From a bacterium (GTDB lineage: Bacteria; SM23-31): a DNA stretch of 64,000 nt. The stretch spans positions 416,001 through 480,000 of the forward strand of contig OZ252239.1 of NCBI GenBank assembly GCA_965249485.1, in the 5' to 3' direction. This document shows, one piece after another, positions 1-10,399 of the stretch (the stretch's first letter is position 1; each line of letters begins with the position of its first letter). The notes beneath the pieces are model-generated. The model was not told the DNA's origin. It saw nothing but the letters and a program-made list of their open reading frames with translations, and made no database searches. A program made the position numbers and the translations under genes.

Positions 1-863
1 GCGGAGGGGATTCTCAACCTAATCCCACCATGCGGAGTACGTCAAAAATTGTCTTTGAGTCAGACAGGGATAACAATCGGGAAATCTACATCATGGATAC
101 CGATGGTTCCAATCCGCGAAGATTGACTAACAACGTCGCTTTTGATGGAGCGCCCTCATGGTCTCCTGACGGTACGAAGATTGCGTTTGTATCGAGCCGG
201 GACGGGAATCCTGAAATTTATATTATGGATGTCGATGGTTCAAACAAGCAAAGACTGACCAATAATACTCATATTGATGGATATCCTTCGTGGTCTCCAG
301 ACGGTACGAAAATTGCGTTTGATACGTACCGTCATGGTCTTGCCGGAGAAATCTATACAATGCATGCGGATGGATCCAATCAAACCAGATTAACCTTTAC
401 ATCAGAAGATGAAGGATATCCCTCGTGGTCTCCTGATGGGTCCACAATCGTTTTTGATGTCGGTGGTTATGATAATTTTCCAACGGGTAAATTTGCAATC
501 TGCGTTATTAATACGCAGGGGACTGGTCGAACAGTGATAGTTGATGATACCGGTAATTCCGGGGATTCATCTTGGTCTCCTGATGGTAATAAGATCATTT
601 TTTCATCGGATATGGATAATCCTGAAGCAGCAAATTTTGAAATCTACATTGTCAATGCAGACGGCTCGAATCTCACCAGGCTGACCGATATGCCCGGTGC
701 AGAAACTGACCCTGTTATGTCCCCTGATAGGTCGAAAATCGTGTTTGATACCGACATGAATGGCAACAGCGAAATCTACATTATGAATGCAGACGGTACC
801 AGTCAAATCAGGCTAACCAATAACTCTACTTTTGACGGGATGCCATCCTGGTCACCATATTAA
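1..863 (+). CDS. TolB-like PD40-repeat beta-propeller protein, 5' end probably outside the window
   Basis: About six PSWSPDG/EIYIM repeats. The frame is open upstream of ATG 30 to the window edge (GGDSQPNPT). Confidence 0.85.
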   Translation, partial: GGDSQPNPTMRSTSKIVFESDRDNNREIYIMDTDGSNPRRLTNNVAFDGAPSWSPDGTKIAFVSSRDGNPEIYIMDVDGSNKQRLTNNTHIDGYPSWSPDGTKIAFDTYRHGLAGEIYTMHADGSNQTRLTFTSEDEGYPSWSPDGSTIVFDVGGYDNFPTGKFAICVINTQGTGRTVIVDDTGNSGDSSWSPDGNKIIFSSDMDNPEAANFEIYIVNADGSNLTRLTDMPGAETDPVMSPDRSKIVFDTDMNGNSEIYIMNADGTSQIRLTNNSTFDGMPSWSPY

Positions 864-923
864 TATTTGATAGGTATAACGGAGTTGTCTGATTTTAATA
901 CGGCTCGATCAAATATTTAAGAA

Positions 924-1020
924 GCCCTGTAGGACTCAAACTCGTTAGTACGTTACCCTTATCTATCAAAAGTAAATACTCTTTTAAAAATTCTGTCTTT
1001 TAATCGGTTCTCTCCACTAT
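924..1020. repeat. Diverged direct repeat, copy 1 (partner 1566..1660)
   Basis: Hand alignment gives about 76/97 identities, including exact AACTCGTTA and TCTATCAAAAGTAAA. Confidence 0.8.
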
Positions 1021-1114
1021 AATGACTTATTATACAAAGCGAGGGTACAGTAATTTTTATCTTCACTATATTTTCAGGGACGAATAATTTTTGTTCGTAA
1101 CGTGTATTATTATC

Positions 1115-1143
1115 TTGACTATAGGCTAAATTATGCGTATATC
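1115..1143 (+). promoter_or_regulatory. sigma70-like promoter of the cold-shock gene
   Basis: TTGACT-N17-TATATC about 70 nt upstream of the GTG start; AAGGAG RBS at 1198-1203. Confidence 0.55.
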
Positions 1144-1210
1144 AACAATGCTAAGTTAATTAGCATACAATTTATTAGTAACATGAACAAATAGTTTAAG
1201 GAGCTGTGCA

Positions 1211-1414
1211 GTGGCAAAAGGTAAAGTAAAATGGTTTAATGACAGTAAAGGTTATGGTTTCATCACACAAGATAACGGTGAGCCAGATGTCTTTGTTCAT
1301 CATACTGTCATAGCAGGCGAAGGTTTTAAAAGCCTCAGCGAAGGTGATGAAGTTGAATTTGAAATCACAGATGGTCCCAAAGGTCCTCAGGCAAGCAACT
1401 GTGTAAGGTTGTAA
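1211..1414 (+). CDS. cspA: Cold-shock protein
   Basis: [11 protein letters not shown]1 KGYGFI, RNP2 VFVHH; 67 aa. Confidence 0.97.
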   Translation: MAKGKVKWFNDSKGYGFITQDNGEPDVFVHHTVIAGEGFKSLSEGDEVEFEITDGPKGPQASNCVRL

Positions 1415-1440
1415 GCTAAGCATTAAAACCATATGTGTTG

Positions 1441-1469
1441 AGAGGGTAGCTTTTTTTAGCTGCCTTTTT
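1441..1469 (+). terminator. Probable intrinsic terminator after cspA
   Basis: GGTAGCT/AGCTGCC stem followed by a T run. Confidence 0.6.
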
Positions 1470-1565
1470 GCATTATTTAGGTATAGTATCTGCCTGGAAT
1501 GCAAAGAAGTTTTTTGGAGATTAGTTGAAAAAAATATAGTCTGTTCCTTTTAACCAGCAGGCTCC

Positions 1566-1660
1566 GTCCTGCTGGACTTGAACTCGTTATTACGTCCCCG
1601 GTCTATCAAAAGTAAACATTCTATTAAAAAATTTGTCTCTCAATCAGTTCTCTGCATTAT
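1566..1660. repeat. Diverged direct repeat, copy 2, with a tRNA-3'-like left end
   Basis: Aligns to 924..1020. The minus strand at its left end reads GTTCAAGTCCAGCAGGACGGAGCC. Confidence 0.8.
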
Positions 1661-1917
1661 TCAATATTGCTGTAACTTATTTATAAACAGTATGTTACAG
1701 CATTTTTGTATTCATGAAAATCAGCTTTATACAACGTTGGCAACATTTCGAATATCTCTTTCACTTCAAAATATTGACATTCCTTTTGAGTTTACGTGCG
1801 ATATACGTAAATTTTATTCTGCTAATAATTCATCGAGCACGTACTTTCAACATTACTGATCCTGTCCTCAGGCCGTATAATTTGCAACACTTTTAGCTTG
1901 AGCAACAACCATGCATT

Positions 1918-2739
1918 TTATGGATATGACTGAATTGTCAACTTCATACCCGTGTATCTTCCATCAGGTGCTACGGCCGGCAATTTATATTCCGGATTGG
2001 TGAAAATAGCATAAACAGCTCGGTCATGTTCCTTCAATTTTTCTCTTGTATTTAATTTCCACTCGCGGCCAATCTGATCTAAACGTCCGGGATAATCCTG
2101 TGCTCCAAAGAAAGATGTAAACGCCCAGTAAATATATTCTGAATTCTGGCAATCGTAATCGCATGTTTCATCATCATACGAATACCAAGCACCTTCAGGA
2201 TACTCTCCCGGCGGATCCATAAAACGCCCTCCTCTCGCCAAATCCACTGCATTTGCGATCTCGGTGCCGGGTACTCTGCCGAACACGTCAGGATATGCAC
2301 CCCCCCATCCGTAGTCTGATACCATGTGCAAGATTTCTTCCAACGCACCATCGAAATTGCCTTCCTCTTTTGCGTTTGGTCGGGTTTCCTCGCCATAGAG
2401 ACCCTGGCCTCTTGGACGTGACTCCCTGGGAATGTTCCTTCTCTCACCTTGCGTCTTCGTCATAGTTATAGCGCCATTCTCCCTCAGCAGAGCTTCGATG
2501 ATCTTCGGATTATCAGGTTCTCCATCTTCATCGTTATCAATATATTGGGCCAATACGCCTGCTGCATGGAGCAGTTTTTCGTTTCCTGTAGTATTCGTTG
2601 CATAAATAGGCACCCCAAAGACATCCACCATCTTTGTGAATGCTACTTCAACCTCTGCATCCTGTGCAGACTCATTAGAACAATTGATAGTCAGGACTAA
2701 CGCACATATAAGTGTTGAAACATAAACCATTCGTAACAC
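1918..2739 (-). CDS. Hypothetical lipoprotein, zincin-like (EEILH motif)
   Basis: Lipobox-like LTINC, 273-aa ORF, EEILH motif with a downstream SEY. Confidence 0.7.
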   Translation of the reverse strand: MLRMVYVSTLICALVLTINCSNESAQDAEVEVAFTKMVDVFGVPIYATNTTGNEKLLHAAGVLAQYIDNDEDGEPDNPKIIEALLRENGAITMTKTQGERRNIPRESRPRGQGLYGEETRPNAKEEGNFDGALEEILHMVSDYGWGGAYPDVFGRVPGTEIANAVDLARGGRFMDPPGEYPEGAWYSYDDETCDYDCQNSEYIYWAFTSFFGAQDYPGRLDQIGREWKLNTREKLKEHDRAVYAIFTNPEYKLPAVAPDGRYTGMKLTIQSYP

Positions 2740-2885
2740 GATGTCTTCTCCTCTGTATTTATTTCACTTTTACATAATAGCATATAAATAAGTGACTATT
2801 ACAAAAATAATTTCTTCTTACGTGGTGTTATTCCTACATGTGACCCTGAAACGATGGAAACATTTCCTTCTTTTAGAATTGAGAT

Positions 2886-4268
2886 TCAACGAATCAGTAA
2901 AATTTCATCATTGGGCGGCTCCATCCATTCAACGCCCTGGCTGGTTACAACCTGAATATTCGAAAAATTAATGGACATCGGATAACCCGGTCTTTCGGGA
3001 AGTTTCGTATGCACTGCATATTCAAACGCAAAAATATGGTTTTCCGGAATCACCAGATGCCACCGGTTTCGCCGAAAATCAGATATCGAAGGTCCGATAC
3101 GGTTCAATATGTCGTGCGTGCCATGATTATAGTTATTGCCGATTGCGTGCAGATCGAGATAAAATCCCGACTTGTCGGTATTCGCGAGCGCACTCTGTAA
3201 CGTTTTATAATCTTCCGTGCCGATATCCTGAAACGGTGTATAGATATAACCTTCCTTTTCCAAGTCCGAGACAATAGCTTCCAAACACTTTCCGGCAATC
3301 ATACCGACTTTTATATTTCTCCGCATAATTACCTGTGCTTTTTTCCCCTGGTCCCAGGCATATTGTATACTCTCCGGAACACTTGTTTCACCCTCTCTCA
3401 GAATATATGCGTGAATTTTTGTATCGGTCTCAAAGTCCATATAACTGCCCCATTCTCTATCACCACCGGTACCGCCGGTAAAAAAATCACCGCGCTGAAA
3501 AACATATTCCGGATCATTAATCCAGAACCGAGCATCGGGCGGAGCAGTACGTTTGGACTTCGCTGAAAAGTAAATCCGGCCGCCAACATCCTTTATCCGT
3601 GTTACACCTGGCACGATAGTGGCTAAATTCTGCAGCGTGCGCTGTCGCCACAATGCCAGTACCTCGGTATGGGCGGCAACTTCCCTGTTAGTCCTCCTTG
3701 TCAGAAAATCGGAAATGACATTCTCCGCAGATACAATCCTATCGGAATATTTTGGCCCAATAATTTCCTGCAATTTTAAATAATCGGTATATGAAATCCC
3801 GTCGGCGGTGGAAATCCACGAGGAATAATTAACCGCAATCGTTCTCGGATCACGCTCGGCAACAAATTCTGTTAGTTCATCAAAAATCCCGGGTTCATGG
3901 TCATATCCGGCAATTGCCCGTGTAATTTCGAGTGAACCCCGCACGTCAACATTTTCAACAGCTCTCGCATCACCAAAAATAGCCCGCTCGATCCTGTCAC
4001 CAAGATCGGTAAAGATCAGATAACCAGAGGTGTATCCAAACTGTTGCCACATTGGATCGGGATTTCCGGACCGGGTAACGTGAATCCACATATCCACACC
4101 ATTGTCGCGCATGGCTCCCGGCAGAATCAGGTCAAGTTTGTCAATTCTCATCAGACGCATGGCTTCCGCATCGGTATCTGGTGTGCGTTGCGGTAACGGT
4201 TGTTGAGCATTGGTAACAGGTACTGCAAACATCACAGAAATTAAAAGTATCAGTATTCGTGGTATCAT
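2886..4268 (-). CDS. Secreted M24 (pita-bread fold) Xaa-Pro aminopeptidase-like protein, paralog 1
   Basis: Signal peptide; LPGAMRDNGVDMWI, ADGIS, QRGD, DTKIHAYIL, H-x-x-G, FAFEY, GVEW. Confidence 0.85.
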   Translation of the reverse strand: MIPRILILLISVMFAVPVTNAQQPLPQRTPDTDAEAMRLMRIDKLDLILPGAMRDNGVDMWIHVTRSGNPDPMWQQFGYTSGYLIFTDLGDRIERAIFGDARAVENVDVRGSLEITRAIAGYDHEPGIFDELTEFVAERDPRTIAVNYSSWISTADGISYTDYLKLQEIIGPKYSDRIVSAENVISDFLTRRTNREVAAHTEVLALWRQRTLQNLATIVPGVTRIKDVGGRIYFSAKSKRTAPPDARFWINDPEYVFQRGDFFTGGTGGDREWGSYMDFETDTKIHAYILREGETSVPESIQYAWDQGKKAQVIMRRNIKVGMIAGKCLEAIVSDLEKEGYIYTPFQDIGTEDYKTLQSALANTDKSGFYLDLHAIGNNYNHGTHDILNRIGPSISDFRRNRWHLVIPENHIFAFEYAVHTKLPERPGYPMSINFSNIQVVTSQGVEWMEPPNDEILLIR

Positions 4269-4370
4269 AACATCCTCCTTTATAAAATAACGGTGGCTTA
4301 TTGTTACTAAATATTTAGTAATAGTTTTAATTATGGATAGTCAATGCAATTATTTGTTTTCTCTTAAGAG

Positions 4371-5756
4371 TTAACGGATCAGTATAATTTCCTCATTTGG
4401 CGACTGAATAAATTCAACTCCTCTGCTGGTTACGATTTGAGGATTTGAAATATTGAAAGCGAGTGGATAACCAGGCCGTTCAGCAATATTCATATGAACC
4501 ATATATTCAAAAGCAAATATATGATTCTCTTGAATTTTTAAATGATGAGATGTTGATCGAAACGCTGCCATTGAGGGCCCGACTTCGCGAAAATTGCCAA
4601 ACGTATGATTATCAATGGAAAATCCAGCAACATCAGTTCCTTTTCCAGCGAGTTCCCTCTGGATCATTATATAATCTTCAGGACCTATGTCTCTAAAAGG
4701 TGTATAAATATAGCCTTCATCTTCCATAAGTTTGACCATAATATCCAATGATTCCTTAGCAGTCATACCGACTTTCATACCTTCGCGCAAAATCCATTGG
4801 CCCGCTATCGCTTTATCAAAAACCTTTTGTATAAAATTGGGGACTTTTGTTTCCCCTTCTCTCAAAATATAACAATGAATTTTCGTGTCTACTCCAAAAC
4901 CCATATAGTCACCCTCAGGAGCACCTTCGCCGCCGACAAATAAGTCTCCTCGTTGTAAAACATAGTCAGGATTCGGAATGAAAAACCGAACATCAGGTGG
5001 AAAGTCTTTTACTGTTTCTTCAGGTTTGCTTGTTGCTGAATAGTAAACCCGGACACCTTCGTTCACTCTACCACCGGCTTCCCATATCGTTGTTACACCC
5101 GGTACGATTTTGGATATTAATTCTAATGCTCTCTGGCGAGTCATTGCTAATACTTCGACCTGTGCGGCAACTTCACGAGCTGTCCTTCTTACTATGAAAT
5201 CTGTAATGACGTTCTCTGCAGACACAATTCTATCGGAATATTTTGGCCCCAATATTTTTTCCAATTTCTGATATTGGGTATGCGAAATCCCGTCGGCTAC
5301 GGGAAGCCATTCGGAAAAATTAACTGCAATCGTTTTTGGATCACGTTCAGCAACAAATTCTGTCAATTCATCGTAGACATTTAGTTTATGATCATAGCCT
5401 GCGACAGCCAGTCCAAACTCAAGAGAGCCTCGTATATCAATATTTTCAACAGCTCCTGCGCTACCGAAAATAGCCCGCTCGATCCTGTCCCCCAGGTCTG
5501 TAAAAATCAAAAATCCTGAAGTTTTTCCAAATTGCAGAGCCATTGGGTCCCAACCTTCTCGACTAACCTGGATCCACATGTCCACCTTGTTGTCGCGCAT
5601 GGCTCCCGGAAGAATTAAGTCAAGTTTTTCATTTCTCATCAGACGAATAGCTTCAGCTTCCGTTTCCGGTGTACGCCGCGGCAGCGGTTGTTGAGCATTG
5701 GTAACTGGTATTGCAAACATCACAGATATCAAAAATACCATTACTCGAGGTATCAT
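4371..5756 (-). CDS. Secreted M24-family protein, paralog 2
   Basis: Collinear paralog of the neighbours with the same motifs. Confidence 0.85.
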   Translation of the reverse strand: MIPRVMVFLISVMFAIPVTNAQQPLPRRTPETEAEAIRLMRNEKLDLILPGAMRDNKVDMWIQVSREGWDPMALQFGKTSGFLIFTDLGDRIERAIFGSAGAVENIDIRGSLEFGLAVAGYDHKLNVYDELTEFVAERDPKTIAVNFSEWLPVADGISHTQYQKLEKILGPKYSDRIVSAENVITDFIVRRTAREVAAQVEVLAMTRQRALELISKIVPGVTTIWEAGGRVNEGVRVYYSATSKPEETVKDFPPDVRFFIPNPDYVLQRGDLFVGGEGAPEGDYMGFGVDTKIHCYILREGETKVPNFIQKVFDKAIAGQWILREGMKVGMTAKESLDIMVKLMEDEGYIYTPFRDIGPEDYIMIQRELAGKGTDVAGFSIDNHTFGNFREVGPSMAAFRSTSHHLKIQENHIFAFEYMVHMNIAERPGYPLAFNISNPQIVTSRGVEFIQSPNEEIILIR

Positions 5757-5856
5757 AATGTACTCCTATATAAAATAACCACGGCTAACTATTACTGTTA
5801 AAGGTTAAATGTTCCGAGCGAGACTGGCCTTTGTAATTTTGATTTTCGTTTAAGAT

Positions 5857-7254
5857 TTAATGGATTAGTACTATTTCATCATTTGGAGGCTGAATCCATT
5901 CAACACCCCGGTTGGTCACTACTTGAATATTTGAAAAATTAATAGCAATCGGGAAGCCAGGTCTTTCAGGAATGTTAGTATGGACAGCATATTCAAATGC
6001 AAATATGTGATTCTGCTGGATCTTCAAGTGAAATGTGTCTGGCCGAAATGCGGCCATAGAGGGACCGGCCTCATTCAAGTCACTGGGATTATTACCTATA
6101 CTGTGAAGATCAATGTAAAAACTTGACTTATCAGTATGAGCAAGTGCTGTCTGTATAATCTTATAGTCTTCTATACCAATGTCAGGAAGTTCTACATATA
6201 TATAACCCGCCTCTTCCATAGCTTTGACCATAGCACCCAAAGATTCTCCACCGGTCATACCTACTTTTACATGCGGCCGAATGATTCCCTGGGCTTTTTT
6301 TCCCTGATCCCAGGCATACCGTATACTCTCAGGAACACGTGTTTCTCCTTCTCTCAAAATATATGCATGAATTTGAGTATCAACCCCAAAGCCCATATAG
6401 CTATACCCAACACTATAAGCAAAAAAGTCACCGCGCTGGAGAACGTATTCAGAGTCGTAAATCCACCACCTGTGATCTGGTGGAGCAGTTCGTTTGGATT
6501 GTGCTGAATAGTAAATCCGTACCCCACCCTTGAGATTGTCCTTACGGATATCCTTTGATGCTGTTACACCTGGCACAATAGTAGATAATGTTTCTAATGC
6601 GATCTGGCGAGCCATTGCCAGAGTATGGGTCTGTGCGGACACTTCTCCGCTTGTCCTTCTAGCAATGAAATCGTTAATAACATATTCTGCTGACACAATT
6701 TTATCGGAATATTTTGGCCCTATAATCTTTTTCAATTTCACATATTGGGTATGTGAAATCCCATCTGCTACCGGGTACCAATCGGAATAATTTACAGCAA
6801 TGGTTTCTGGATCGCGTTCAGCAACAAATTCTCTTATTTCGTCGTAGACATCGGGAATCGTAAAATTCTGCCTGGGGTCCAGATTGTTATAATTATATCC
6901 GGAAAAAGCTAGAGCGACATTCTGAGAACCTTGTACATCAATATTCTCAACAGCTCCTGCGTCACCAAACACAGTTCGCTCAATCCTGTCTCCTATGTCC
7001 GTAAAGATCAAATAACCGGAGGTCTTTCCAAATTGTTGAGCTAATGGATCAGGATCTCCGGGACGAGTGACGTGAATCCACATATCCACATTATTGTCAC
7101 GCATGGCTCCAGGCAGGATCAGGTCGATTTTTTCGTTTCTTATCAGGCGAAGAACTTCCGCATCGGACTCTGGTGTAAATCCTTCTGACTGCGCATTTGC
7201 GTTAGATACGGTGAATATTACTGATATTAAAAGCATTATTACTCGAGCGGTCAT
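5857..7254 (-). CDS. Secreted M24-family protein, paralog 3
   Basis: Collinear paralog of the neighbours with the same motifs. Confidence 0.85.
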   Translation of the reverse strand: MTARVIMLLISVIFTVSNANAQSEGFTPESDAEVLRLIRNEKIDLILPGAMRDNNVDMWIHVTRPGDPDPLAQQFGKTSGYLIFTDIGDRIERTVFGDAGAVENIDVQGSQNVALAFSGYNYNNLDPRQNFTIPDVYDEIREFVAERDPETIAVNYSDWYPVADGISHTQYVKLKKIIGPKYSDKIVSAEYVINDFIARRTSGEVSAQTHTLAMARQIALETLSTIVPGVTASKDIRKDNLKGGVRIYYSAQSKRTAPPDHRWWIYDSEYVLQRGDFFAYSVGYSYMGFGVDTQIHAYILREGETRVPESIRYAWDQGKKAQGIIRPHVKVGMTGGESLGAMVKAMEEAGYIYVELPDIGIEDYKIIQTALAHTDKSSFYIDLHSIGNNPSDLNEAGPSMAAFRPDTFHLKIQQNHIFAFEYAVHTNIPERPGFPIAINFSNIQVVTNRGVEWIQPPNDEIVLIH

Positions 7255-7683
7255 AACATCTCCATATTCAATTAATGGTGGCTTTTTTGCTATTTATTTT
7301 CGAATTGCTATATGTGCGGTCGGACTTTATAACATCATGAATCTTGCAACGGATTGATTATAAATCTTAAACAACATTGGAGTGTGTTATAAGAACATTT
7401 GTGGCACTCTTATTGAGATAATAAGGTATGCAGTTAACTTTTACAAGTGAATTCTACCACCATATAAAAAGAATAGTTAACGGCATCGGTTTCAACCAAC
7501 CAAATGTTATACCCTCTATTTTTGTGGTGTTTTCTGTTTCCCCAAACGGTTTAAACACTGGATATACCCGCTCTTTAATTTCCGTGTTTTTTCTATGATA
7601 TTACTAGAGTGTTTTTTATATTGATTGGAAATAATTTGTGAAAGCCCATTTAATTTCTCTAACCAAAAATCCGGGTGTTTCTC

Positions 7684-8922
7684 ATGGCGAAGAAAGATCA
7701 AAACAAAAAACAAACTGCCGAATCTTTGCTCCATATAGACCTGCCGTCCGTTGCGTCTGAGCGGATGCACAGACTACCACCCTATCTCTTCAGCAAAATA
7801 AATGCACTGAAAAACAAACTGCGCAGCGAAGGTGTCGACTTAATCGATCTGGCAATGGGAAATCCGAATGATCCGACACCGCAGCTCGTGGTTGATAAAC
7901 TCTCTGAAGCTGCGGGTATAAAGACGAATCAGCGCTACTCTGTCTCGAAAGGGATCATCAACCTGCGAAAAGAGCTGGCAAAATTTTACGAAAAACACTG
8001 GGATGTAAGTCTCGATCCGGAAAATGAAGTTATCGCAACCATCGGTTCCAAAGAGGGTTTCAGCCATTTATGCCTCGGTATTCTGGGACCTGGTGATGTG
8101 GCATTGACACCTGCCCCATATTTTCCTATTCATGTTTACTGTCCTGTTATAGCGGGTGTAAATGTGATCAGTGTGGAAATGAACGACGGGAACGAAGCGC
8201 TGCTCAGAAATATCGACCATATGTGCCGGACGGTATCACCAAGACCGAAAGTTCTGACTTTGAATTTTCCTCACAATCCGACAGCACAAACAGTTGAACT
8301 CGAATTTTTTGAAGAGATTGTGAAATTAGCCAATAAATACAGCTTTTATGTTATTCAGGATTTTGCCTACGGTCTGACAACATTCGACGGATACCACGCT
8401 CCCAGTTTTCTCCAGGCGAAAGGTGCAAAAGATGTGGGTGTCGAGTCGATCACCATGTCAAAGGGGTATAACATGGCCGGCTGGCGCATCGGATTTGTTG
8501 TCGGAAATTCCGATATGATCAAAGTGCTCGCAAGTATTAAGGGGTATTATGACTACGGTATTTTTCAGGCAATTCAGATTGCGACGGTAATCGCTCTGCG
8601 CCACTGTGAGGAAGACATGAAGCGTCAGGCTGTTGTATATGCGAAGCGGCGAGACTGTCTTATTGACGGACTCAATAATGCCGGATGGCTCATTGAAAAA
8701 CCGAGAGCAACCATGTTTGTATGGGCACAGATTCCTGAACCGTACCGGGAGCTGGGATCTGTCAAATTCACCGCCGATTGTATCGAAAAAGCCGAGGTCG
8801 CTGTCGCTCCGGGACTCGGATTCGGTGAAGAAGGTGAAGGGTATCTCCGCATTGCAGTTGTGGAGAACGAAGAACGGTTGCGGCAGGCTGTCCGCCAGAT
8901 CAAACGTGCTTTCCCAGTTTAA
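7684..8922 (+). CDS. alaC: PLP-dependent class I/II aminotransferase, AlaC-like
   Basis: RLPPYLF, MGNP, TIGSKEG, FPHNPT, DFAY, SKGYNMAGWRIG, YDYG, ENEERLRQA; ATG at 7684 preferred over GTG 7675. Confidence 0.85.
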   Translation: MAKKDQNKKQTAESLLHIDLPSVASERMHRLPPYLFSKINALKNKLRSEGVDLIDLAMGNPNDPTPQLVVDKLSEAAGIKTNQRYSVSKGIINLRKELAKFYEKHWDVSLDPENEVIATIGSKEGFSHLCLGILGPGDVALTPAPYFPIHVYCPVIAGVNVISVEMNDGNEALLRNIDHMCRTVSPRPKVLTLNFPHNPTAQTVELEFFEEIVKLANKYSFYVIQDFAYGLTTFDGYHAPSFLQAKGAKDVGVESITMSKGYNMAGWRIGFVVGNSDMIKVLASIKGYYDYGIFQAIQIATVIALRHCEEDMKRQAVVYAKRRDCLIDGLNNAGWLIEKPRATMFVWAQIPEPYRELGSVKFTADCIEKAEVAVAPGLGFGEEGEGYLRIAVVENEERLRQAVRQIKRAFPV

Positions 8923-9155
8923 CTCTTTAATCTCCCTAATTGCATTGAATATTCCATATAATCAAATATATATTATGGTAATATAAATGGGATATGGTTC
9001 CAATATGAATCCTCGTCAGATGAAAAAAAGAGCGGTGTTTTTTACACATAGAGAACAATGTTGAATGCGACATCTTGTGTTTCTGGTTTTTTCTCATTAT
9101 ATTGGGTAGCTCATTTAATTAATATGATTTTTACCACACAGTTTGGAAAAAAATT

Positions 9156-9596
9156 ATGAATATTGTACTGCCAATACTTTTTGCCTTTATTGCCGCTATA
9201 GGCAATGCATTCTTTGCAATCGGAAACAAGAAAACCGAGGGATTAGATAATCCATTTGTATTTGTCGCTATATGTACCGTTGCTGCCGTTATTCTTTCGT
9301 TTGCAGCAATGCCGCTCTTCGGGCAGAGCAATTATGTAGCCGCATTTAAGAATCACTGGGGCTGGGCTGCATTCAGTGGTCTGGGATTATTTCTAACCAA
9401 TGTCGGTTTCAATCTTTTGTACACCAAATATGGTGCCGGTTTTTATGTGCTCTATGCGGCTATGGCAATCATCACTACAGCACTCATAGTTGGACTTGCA
9501 ATATTCAAAGAAACGTATAATTTCTATCATTGGGCAGCATTTGCCAGTGCACTCGTTGCTATCATCCTCTTTTCGCTAGGTCAAAGTAGGGCTTGA
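9156..9596 (+). CDS. Small EamA/DMT-superfamily transporter
   Basis: 146 aa with about five hydrophobic segments and an IFKE motif. Confidence 0.75.
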   Translation: MNIVLPILFAFIAAIGNAFFAIGNKKTEGLDNPFVFVAICTVAAVILSFAAMPLFGQSNYVAAFKNHWGWAAFSGLGLFLTNVGFNLLYTKYGAGFYVLYAAMAIITTALIVGLAIFKETYNFYHWAAFASALVAIILFSLGQSRA

Positions 9597-9833
9597 TTCA
9601 CTGTTTCAATGCAATTTCTATTACTTTTTTTGATGTAAATGTTTCATCGTAAAGTAATACCAAATAACGGAGAAATAATCATCACATCACATTTGCCATT
9701 AGATTATCAACAAAACATATTCGCTTTTTTTAGTTTACGTCACTGCAATCAGGTGAATTTGTGATTGACTTTTTATATAATAAGCTTAGATTGCAATACT
9801 TTATGGCACGAAATTATAAATCGAGAATAAGGT

Positions 9834-10265
9834 TTGAATCCCACTATTGCACAACTAACTATCGAGGATATTAAAGAAAGGCATGTTTTCTCTTTTCAGG
9901 AGATAATTAATCAGCACAGTGTCAATTCTTTCGTAGAGTGTTCAGGAGATAACAGTACAATTCATGTTGATTCAGAGTTTGCACAGAAAAGAGGATTTCA
10001 AGATAGAGTCGTTCACGGCGTCTTTTTGGCATCTTATTTTTCACGATTAATTGGCGTATTGTATCCCGGTGAAAACAGTATATTGCAGACCCTCAACTTA
10101 AAATTTTTGGCACCTGCATACATAAATGATTTTGTCAAAGTTGCAGCAGAAGTTGATCAGATTTCAATGAGTACCAAATCAATTATGTTAAAACTTAGTA
10201 TAGAAAATGTAAACACTGAAGAATCTTTGGTTAAAGGAAAAGCTTTAGTCGGTTTTACTGGATAA
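9834..10265 (+). CDS. MaoC-family (hot-dog) dehydratase
   Basis: SGDNSTIHVD hydratase-2 motif, VVHG, PG, FLAP. Confidence 0.9.
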   Translation: MNPTIAQLTIEDIKERHVFSFQEIINQHSVNSFVECSGDNSTIHVDSEFAQKRGFQDRVVHGVFLASYFSRLIGVLYPGENSILQTLNLKFLAPAYINDFVKVAAEVDQISMSTKSIMLKLSIENVNTEESLVKGKALVGFTG

Positions 10266-10399
10266 TATTATCCGGAATTGAAATGCAGTACAATCTAACT
10301 AATTTTGACTTTTAGCTATATTGTGCCGATATACATACTACAACGCTACTTTCTTGATAAGAAAGTACAAAATATACATTTCATCAACTAGGTAAAATA

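Noticed and set aside
150..860. Periodic TGGTCTCC(T/A)GA repeats
   Set aside because: They encode the WSPD motif of PD40 blades inside a CDS.
874..950. Possible integron attC site (GTATAAC...GTTAGTA) after the TolB-like gene
   Set aside because: Core sites match imperfectly, the inner arms pair poorly, and there is no cassette array or integrase.
1578..1896. ORFs 1578..1859 and 1714..1896 as genes
   Set aside because: No RBS or recognisable motif; the first overlaps a degenerate repeat and both lie in AT-rich intergenic DNA.
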